A stretch of 64,000 nt of DNA, from NCBI GenBank assembly GCA_034530615.2, contig JAVRCV020000071.1, forward strand, positions 124,335-188,334, in the 5' to 3' direction. The stretch is from Aulosira sp. ZfuVER01. GTDB lineage: Bacteria > Cyanobacteriota > Cyanobacteriia > Cyanobacteriales > Nostocaceae. Under the pieces are notes generated by a model. It did not search any database and was not told the origin of the DNA. It saw nothing but the letters and a program-made list of their open reading frames with translations. Each line of letters starts with the position of its first letter. The first letter of the stretch is position 1. The position numbers were made by a program, and so were the translations under genes. Below, in pieces: positions 58,360 through 64,000 of this stretch.

Positions 58360-60383
58360 GCTATTACCTCACGTAGCAAACGCATAAACTCTTCTTCCAT
58401 ATGCTTAATGTCAGCATCAATTTCAGCTAATGGACGAGGAGGCGTGTACTTGTAAAAATGCCGATTAAAGTTTATCTCATAAGCACTACGAATTTTTTCA
58501 CCATCTGCCCATGCATCATTTACGTGTGGCTTAACCTCACGGTGAAAATAACCCACAATTTCATCTGTCAAACGCACATTTTCAAAATCCCGTAGTTGCG
58601 TATCCGGCTCATACCTAAACTCTACTTTTCCTTTAGTATCGCGAAACCAACCCCAAACACGTGCATGAGGTTCGTCAGTCGCTTTACGGTGTTTGAGAAT
58701 AACTCCCTCAGCTTCTGGATGACGCTTTGTAAAAACATCCCGAAACAACTTACTTTCTGTCTTTTTCCACTTGCTGCCACGCTGCTTTAGTAAAGCATTC
58801 ATTAACTTGTCAAACTCGCTCCAATTAGGACGGGGTTCTCTTCCTAATTCTTTATCTATTGCTTGTACATCATCTAGCAAGTGCGGAACAGCATCTAAAA
58901 ATCGGCTTTTGCGTTCCACATCCATTTGGTAGAGCAAACGTAGCGGTCTTTCAATAGGAACGCGATTATAGCCAAAGTCTTCATTATCGAAAATCTTGCT
59001 AGTTTCACTTTCGACAAACTCACCATATTCCCGCACCACTGCGGCGATATCTTCTTCACTCATGTAACGGCGTTTGTCACCTAAACTACGGCGCATAGGC
59101 TGACAACGAGTGCGAGAGTCAATTAATTGAATTTTTCGTTTGCGGTGTTGCTGCTTGCGATTAGTGACAATCCAAATATAAGTACCAATACCAGTGTTAT
59201 AAAACATTTGCTCTGGTAGGGCTATAATCGCTTCTAACCAATCATTTTCAATCACCCACTTGCGAATTTCACTTTCACCACTACCCGCACCACCAGTAAA
59301 CAAAGGTGAACCATTAAAAACAATTGCTAAACGTGAACCATATTTCTTTGCTTCGGGCTGATACGGCTCAAACTTACTAATCATGTGCTGTAAAAATAGC
59401 AACGAACCATCATTAACTCGTGGCAAACCTGCACCAAACCTGCCAGCAAAACCTAACTTTTCGTGTTGCCGTTGTACTTCTTTTTGTTGCCTTTTCCAGT
59501 CAACACCAAACGGGGGATTGGCAAGAAAATAATCAAAATGTTCACCCTCGTATTGATCATTAATCAGCGAATCACCGTAACGAATCTTGCTTTCTTTATT
59601 GCTCTTAAGCAACAAATCTGAAGCTGCAATAGCATAGGCACGGGGGTTAAAATCCTGCCCGAACACATATAATTTGGCACTTGGATTATGTTCACGTAAG
59701 TAATTCTGTGCCTCAGCCAGCATCCCACCAGTACCGCAAGTAGGGTCAAGTAGTTTGCGGATAATCCCCGGTTTAGTCAAAACATCATCATCAGGGTCGA
59801 ACAAAATATCCACCATCAAGCGGATCACTTCTCGTGGTGTAAAGTGATCACCTGCTGTTTCATTAGCCGCTTCATTAAATCGGCGAATTAAATCCTCAAA
59901 CAGTAGCCCCATGCCAATGTTGTCCAATACATCAGGATGGAGGTTGACATCACAAAACTTAGATACAACGAGGTAGAGAATGTTTGCCTCATGCATCTTC
60001 TCAATTTCAGCAGTAAACTCAAATCGCTCGAATATTTCGTAAACGTTCTTCGAGAAACCTTTGATATAATCACTGAGATGTTGATCTATATTATCGGGAT
60101 CACCCTTAAGCTGCTTAAAATCCAGTTCTGAATGATTATGAAAATGCTGCCCGGCTACGTTGTCCAAAATTGCATCCGGGACATTACCATTGGATTTATC
60201 CTTCCGTTTGTGATATTCCGCTAGTACCTGGTGTTTAGTTGACGAAAGCACACAGTCAAAACGACGCAGCACCGTCATTGGTAACATTACACGCTCATAT
60301 TGCGGTGGGCGGTATGGCCCCCGCAATAAGTCAGCAATTTGCCAAATAAAGTTGGAGAGTTGGTGATGGTCAGTCATGTGCAT
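58356..60383 (-). CDS. hsdM: Type I R-M m6A methyltransferase
   Basis: IWQIADLLRG, HFTPREV, DPTCGTGG, ANPPF. Confidence 0.95.
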   Translation of the reverse strand: MHMTDHHQLSNFIWQIADLLRGPYRPPQYERVMLPMTVLRRFDCVLSSTKHQVLAEYHKRKDKSNGNVPDAILDNVAGQHFHNHSELDFKQLKGDPDNIDQHLSDYIKGFSKNVYEIFERFEFTAEIEKMHEANILYLVVSKFCDVNLHPDVLDNIGMGLLFEDLIRRFNEAANETAGDHFTPREVIRLMVDILFDPDDDVLTKPGIIRKLLDPTCGTGGMLAEAQNYLREHNPSAKLYVFGQDFNPRAYAIAASDLLLKSNKESKIRYGDSLINDQYEGEHFDYFLANPPFGVDWKRQQKEVQRQHEKLGFAGRFGAGLPRVNDGSLLFLQHMISKFEPYQPEAKKYGSRLAIVFNGSPLFTGGAGSGESEIRKWVIENDWLEAIIALPEQMFYNTGIGTYIWIVTNRKQQHRKRKIQLIDSRTRCQPMRRSLGDKRRYMSEEDIAAVVREYGEFVESETSKIFDNEDFGYNRVPIERPLRLLYQMDVERKSRFLDAVPHLLDDVQAIDKELGREPRPNWSEFDKLMNALLKQRGSKWKKTESKLFRDVFTKRHPEAEGVILKHRKATDEPHARVWGWFRDTKGKVEFRYEPDTQLRDFENVRLTDEIVGYFHREVKPHVNDAWADGEKIRSAYEINFNRHFYKYTPPRPLAEIDADIKHMEEEFMRLLREVIA

Positions 60384-60704
60384 TTATCTCGATCTGCCTA
60401 TTGTATCGATATTTGAGGTGGGCAGAAAGATAATTTCAAGACCAACTAATAAATTGTAACGATATATTTAGACTGGATGAGTCAGGGGAAATAGAAGATG
60501 CGATCGCTCCCCGATACCTTACATAGTTAAGTTAAGTGATTGAGGTAACAACTTGTGCAGAAGGTGTTTATAAGAGTAACACAGACTAATAATCTAAATG
60601 CACATTAATCTCAAATTGTCAATTCACAGAAGAGAATTTACCTTACATATAGTTCTTTTTCGGAGTAGCGCAGGCAGAGTCACTCTGTCTAAATTTTATG
60701 ACGA

Positions 60705-60862
60705 TTGTCCATTTCTTATTTCCAAATCTCCACGATTGTCCAGTTTCATGTTCAAAATATATCTCATGGCTATTAGCAAGGCTAACGGAGGAATTAGAGT
60801 TTCAGCCCCTAAGTTGTCCATCATCTTCTTCCAACACTGTCCAATTTCTTCTTCAAGTCACA
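60705..60862. repeat. Distal transposon end with four putative TnsB sites
   Basis: 20-bp (T/C)TGTCCA-N8-TTC(C/A)A at 60705, 60736, 60814 and 60837, then GTCACA. Confidence 0.88.
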
Positions 60863-60991
60863 TCTTTGGAAGCATAACTTTGCTGCTATAGAATGCTTAT
60901 GCTTCCAATGAGATTTGGTAGAGTTATGGCGATATTGCTCTAGTTTTTCCACCGCACAATCACCTCTATAATGGGTTCATATTTTAGAAGA

Positions 60992-62149
60992 TTAAATTTT
61001 AAAATACCAACTACGGCAATACATGAAATAAAGAATCAACCACCAAAAACATACGGTTGTTATAGCGAAAAATAGAGAACCATTCAGCGCACCTGCCCAA
61101 GGTTTAAATAAATGCTCGTAAATCCAAGTATATGTAGTTGAGGCATCGCTACCATTACCGATGTGAGTTTTAATTAATATTCTGGCGACAAAACCAGACC
61201 CTACAAAAGCGAAGATTGCATTTAATCCCATCACTTCAAAAGGAAAACCTAGCCACTTCCAACCTCGGACTTCTATTAATTCATAACAAGCAGCCAGCAA
61301 TAACAGCGCAAAACCTGCGGTGAAAATAACATAAGAACTTGTCCATAATTGTTTGTTGATGGGGAAGAAAAATCCCCAAAAATGCCCGACTAAAACGCAA
61401 ATAATCCCAAAAATAGCTAAATTGATACTAGTGCGGCTTTGCTGAGGTTGTCGCCGCAGCCATTCCCCAGTAAAGTAACCAGCGAGAACGGTAACAATAG
61501 CAGGTAAGGTACTCAGTAAACCCTCTGGATCGAAGGGTTTTCCTGCTAATAAGTGTTGCTGTCCCAAAATTAAGCGATCGCAATACCCTACTAAATTACC
61601 TTCTATTGTCAAGTTACCAGCACCATAACCGGGAACGGGAATGAGTTGCATTGCTCCCCAGTAGCCAATGAGCAAGATTGCCGCTAGTATCCATAATGAA
61701 CGGCGCTCAAGGTTGAGTACTGCGATCGCACTTATTAGATAAGCTAGAGCGATCCGTTGCAATACACCCATAATCCGAATTGTGGCAAACTTGGAAGCAG
61801 GCGCACCATTCAGCCAGAAATCTAAAGTTAAGGAAAATAACGCTAAAAATAATCCCAGTCCAAATAAAATTAAAGCTCTACGTCCAATTCGCCAATAAAC
61901 AGCCTGAGTCGGACGATTTTCTTTTGTATATTTGAACAGGGAAAAAGGCATCGCCACGCCGACAATGAACATAAAAAAAGGAAAGACGAAATCTGTGGGT
62001 GTGTAACCGTTCCACTCAGCGTGTTCTAGTGGCGGATAAATCTCATCCCAACTGCCGGGATTATTGACTAGAATCATTGAGGCGATCGCAAAACCACGAA
62101 ATACATCCAGAGATTTAAGACGTTGAGGTAGGGTCAATTGCTTCTCCAA
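60992..62149 (-). CDS. Heparan-alpha-glucosaminide N-acetyltransferase / NagX-like membrane protein
   Basis: RLKSLDVFRG, HAEWNG, FPFFMFIVG, GVLQRI, DPEGLLST, PINKQLWTSSY. Confidence 0.87.
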   Translation of the reverse strand: MEKQLTLPQRLKSLDVFRGFAIASMILVNNPGSWDEIYPPLEHAEWNGYTPTDFVFPFFMFIVGVAMPFSLFKYTKENRPTQAVYWRIGRRALILFGLGLFLALFSLTLDFWLNGAPASKFATIRIMGVLQRIALAYLISAIAVLNLERRSLWILAAILLIGYWGAMQLIPVPGYGAGNLTIEGNLVGYCDRLILGQQHLLAGKPFDPEGLLSTLPAIVTVLAGYFTGEWLRRQPQQSRTSINLAIFGIICVLVGHFWGFFFPINKQLWTSSYVIFTAGFALLLLAACYELIEVRGWKWLGFPFEVMGLNAIFAFVGSGFVARILIKTHIGNGSDASTTYTWIYEHLFKPWAGALNGSLFFAITTVCFWWLILYFMYCRSWYFKI

Positions 62150-62177
62150 TAGTTTATATGCCTAGTTCAGACTGCTA

Positions 62178-63749
62178 TTGATTTTTCTTAAAACTTTAGT
62201 GTATCTAATGTCGACTTACTTAAAAGCAACTTTTCTTAGCGGATTACTACTTCTAGTTAGCCCCTCTGTCAAGTCTACAGAAGTTCCTCAGCCTCAATCT
62301 CTCCCCCCTCAGCCAACACGCGAGTTCCGTGGGGTATGGGTTGCTTCTGTAGCTAATATTGACTGGCCTTCCCGTCCGGGATTGACAACATCTCAGCAGC
62401 AAGCAGAATTAATTGCGATGCTAGATCGCGCTGTCGCCTTAAAGCTGAATGCAGTCATCTTACAAGTACGTCCTGCTGCTGATGCGCTGTACGCCTCTCC
62501 CTATGAACCTTGGTCGGAATTTTTGACCGGACAGATGGGTAAACCACCCTCACCTGATTACGATCCCTTAGCTTTTGCTGTGGAAGAAGCCCATAAACGT
62601 GGTATAGAATTGCACGCTTGGTTTAATCCCTACCGCGCCCACCATCCTCAATCCAAATCGCCAATTTCTGCAAACCATGTCAGCAAACTTCATCCTCAAT
62701 GGGTGAAGCAATATGGTAAGTATCTCTGGCTAGATCCTGGGGAAGCAGAAGTTCAAGATTATACTCTCAATGTGATTATGGATGTCGTTAAGCGCTACGA
62801 CATCGATGCAGTTCATCTTGACGATTATTTCTATCCTTATCCAGAACGAGATGCTAATAAGCGAGCGATCGATTTTCCCGATGCACCAAGTTGGGATAAA
62901 TACCTGAAAGCCGGAGGAACACTCAACCGCGACGACTGGAGGCGGGAAAACATCAATACATTTGTACAGCATCTCTATCAAGCAATCAAAAAGGAGAAGC
63001 CTTGGGTCAAGTTAGGTATTAGTCCCTTCGGTATCTGGCGACCAGGCTATCCAGCCCAGACAAAGAGTGTTGATAGTGGCGGGACTTTTGATGCCTACAA
63101 TCAACTATATGCTGATTCCCGCCAATGGTTAGTTAACGGGTGGTTAGACTATTTTGCACCGCAGTTATATTGGAAGATTGAGAAAACTCAACAAAGTTAT
63201 CCGGTGTTGCTGAATTGGTGGCTCAGACAAAACCCACTAGGAAGACATATCTGGCCGGGTAATTTTACTAGTCGTATAGGCGATCGCACTTCAGCTGCTT
63301 GGCCTGCAAATGAAATTCTCTATCAAATTAAAACAACACGAGGTTTTGCCGGAGCAACGGGTAATATTCACTACAGTATGAAGCCTTTAATGCAAAATCG
63401 CGATCGCATTTCCGATTTGCTAGAAAAGCAAGCTTACTCTACCCCCGCCCTAGTTCCCGCTTCTCCCTGGTTAGACAAGACACCACCTACTCAACCTGCA
63501 CTGAAAATTGATCGAGATGCAACTACAGGTAAAATCAACAAACTCACCTGGCAATCTACAGGTCAAGAGAATGCTTGGCTGTGGGTATTGCAGACTAGAA
63601 CTGGCAATCAATGGAGTACAAAAATTATCCCGGGATGGCAAAATTCCTACTTATTTAATAGTCATGATTCTCAACCACAGGTTGATAGTGTAGCTATTTC
63701 CGCAGTTAATCGCTACGGCACTCAGGGACAACCTGTTATTGGCAATTAA
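62178..63749 (+). CDS. GHL10 (YddW-like) glycoside hydrolase with C-terminal beta domain (start probably ATG 62208)
   Basis: REFRGVWVASVANIDWPS, HAWFNPYR, HLDDYFYPY, DYFAPQLYW. Confidence 0.9.
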   Translation: MIFLKTLVYLMSTYLKATFLSGLLLLVSPSVKSTEVPQPQSLPPQPTREFRGVWVASVANIDWPSRPGLTTSQQQAELIAMLDRAVALKLNAVILQVRPAADALYASPYEPWSEFLTGQMGKPPSPDYDPLAFAVEEAHKRGIELHAWFNPYRAHHPQSKSPISANHVSKLHPQWVKQYGKYLWLDPGEAEVQDYTLNVIMDVVKRYDIDAVHLDDYFYPYPERDANKRAIDFPDAPSWDKYLKAGGTLNRDDWRRENINTFVQHLYQAIKKEKPWVKLGISPFGIWRPGYPAQTKSVDSGGTFDAYNQLYADSRQWLVNGWLDYFAPQLYWKIEKTQQSYPVLLNWWLRQNPLGRHIWPGNFTSRIGDRTSAAWPANEILYQIKTTRGFAGATGNIHYSMKPLMQNRDRISDLLEKQAYSTPALVPASPWLDKTPPTQPALKIDRDATTGKINKLTWQSTGQENAWLWVLQTRTGNQWSTKIIPGWQNSYLFNSHDSQPQVDSVAISAVNRYGTQGQPVIGN

Positions 63750-63751
63750 GC

Positions 63752-63950
63752 TCACAAATCCTGATACTCCATCTGCACCGCACAATTTCTCCCTTTTGCT
63801 TTTGCTTGGTACAGTCCTTGGTCAGCAGCAGCAATTAAGCTAGCAGCAGATGATTGACTATCAGGAGTGATAGTTGCTACACCCAGACTTAGGGTGATAA
63901 ATTCACTTGTTAGAGAATTGGGATGAGGCAGTTGTAATGCACTAATATTA
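63752..63950 (-). pseudogene. 3' fragment of a GGDEF diguanylate cyclase, interrupted upstream
   Basis: Manual translation gives NISALQLPHPNS..FITLSLGVA...LIAAADQGLYQAKAKGRN...stop; in-frame stops at about 63962-63967 upstream. Confidence 0.7.
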
Positions 63951-64000
63951 CCCCTCTTTTGTTACTACGGGAGGAGTATAATCAGGAAGGAAATCGGAAA

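Larger units (their letters stand above)
38255..60862. mobile_element. Complete Tn7-like transposon (TnsAB fusion, TnsC, two TniQ/TnsD) at tRNA-Ala
   Basis: Perfect 25-bp TIR TGTGACTTGAAGAAGAAATTGGACA (38255-38279 / 60838-60862); TCTTT duplicated at 38250-38254 and 60863-60867. Confidence 0.95.

Noticed and set aside
38255..60862. CRISPR-associated transposon call
   Set aside because: No recognisable cas5/6/7/8/10/12k gene or repeat-spacer array lies between the ends.
60598..60891. 97-aa ORF
   Set aside because: It runs through the TnsB sites, TIR and TSD and has no protein motif.
1..64000. Abundant GCGATCGC octamers as a novel repeat
   Set aside because: This is the well-known cyanobacterial HIP1 sequence.

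Overview
Chromosomal window from a filamentous cyanobacterium, probably Nostocales, judged from the abundant HIP1 octamers (GCGATCGC), heptamer tandem repeats and gene content. Positions 1-12.4 kb hold a surface-polysaccharide cluster (GT4, GT2, acetyltransferase, wzm/wzt, wzc-like). Inside it sits an unexplained 62-bp-period repeat array upstream of a small hypothetical gene. Positions 12.7-38 kb hold signalling and housekeeping genes: a CyaB2-type adenylate cyclase, a TPS exoprotein, a hybrid kinase, GHL10, Uma2, LysR/GST, coaT/coaR with its operator, ruvB, hisF and tRNA-Ala(GGC). The main feature is a complete 22.6-kb Tn7-like transposon at 38255-60862, with perfect 25-bp terminal inverted repeats and a 5-bp TCTTT target duplication, inserted just downstream of tRNA-Ala. 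It encodes fused TnsAB, TnsC and two TniQ/TnsD proteins, but no recognisable Cas gene or CRISPR array. Its cargo is an XRE module, secreted proteins, an nSTAND-WD40 NLR-like protein, and a type I R-M operon with a PtuAB/Septu-like ATPase-HNH pair between hsdS and hsdR. The window ends with a NagX-like gene, a second GHL10 gene and an interrupted GGDEF gene. All product calls come from motif recognition; no database searches were run.
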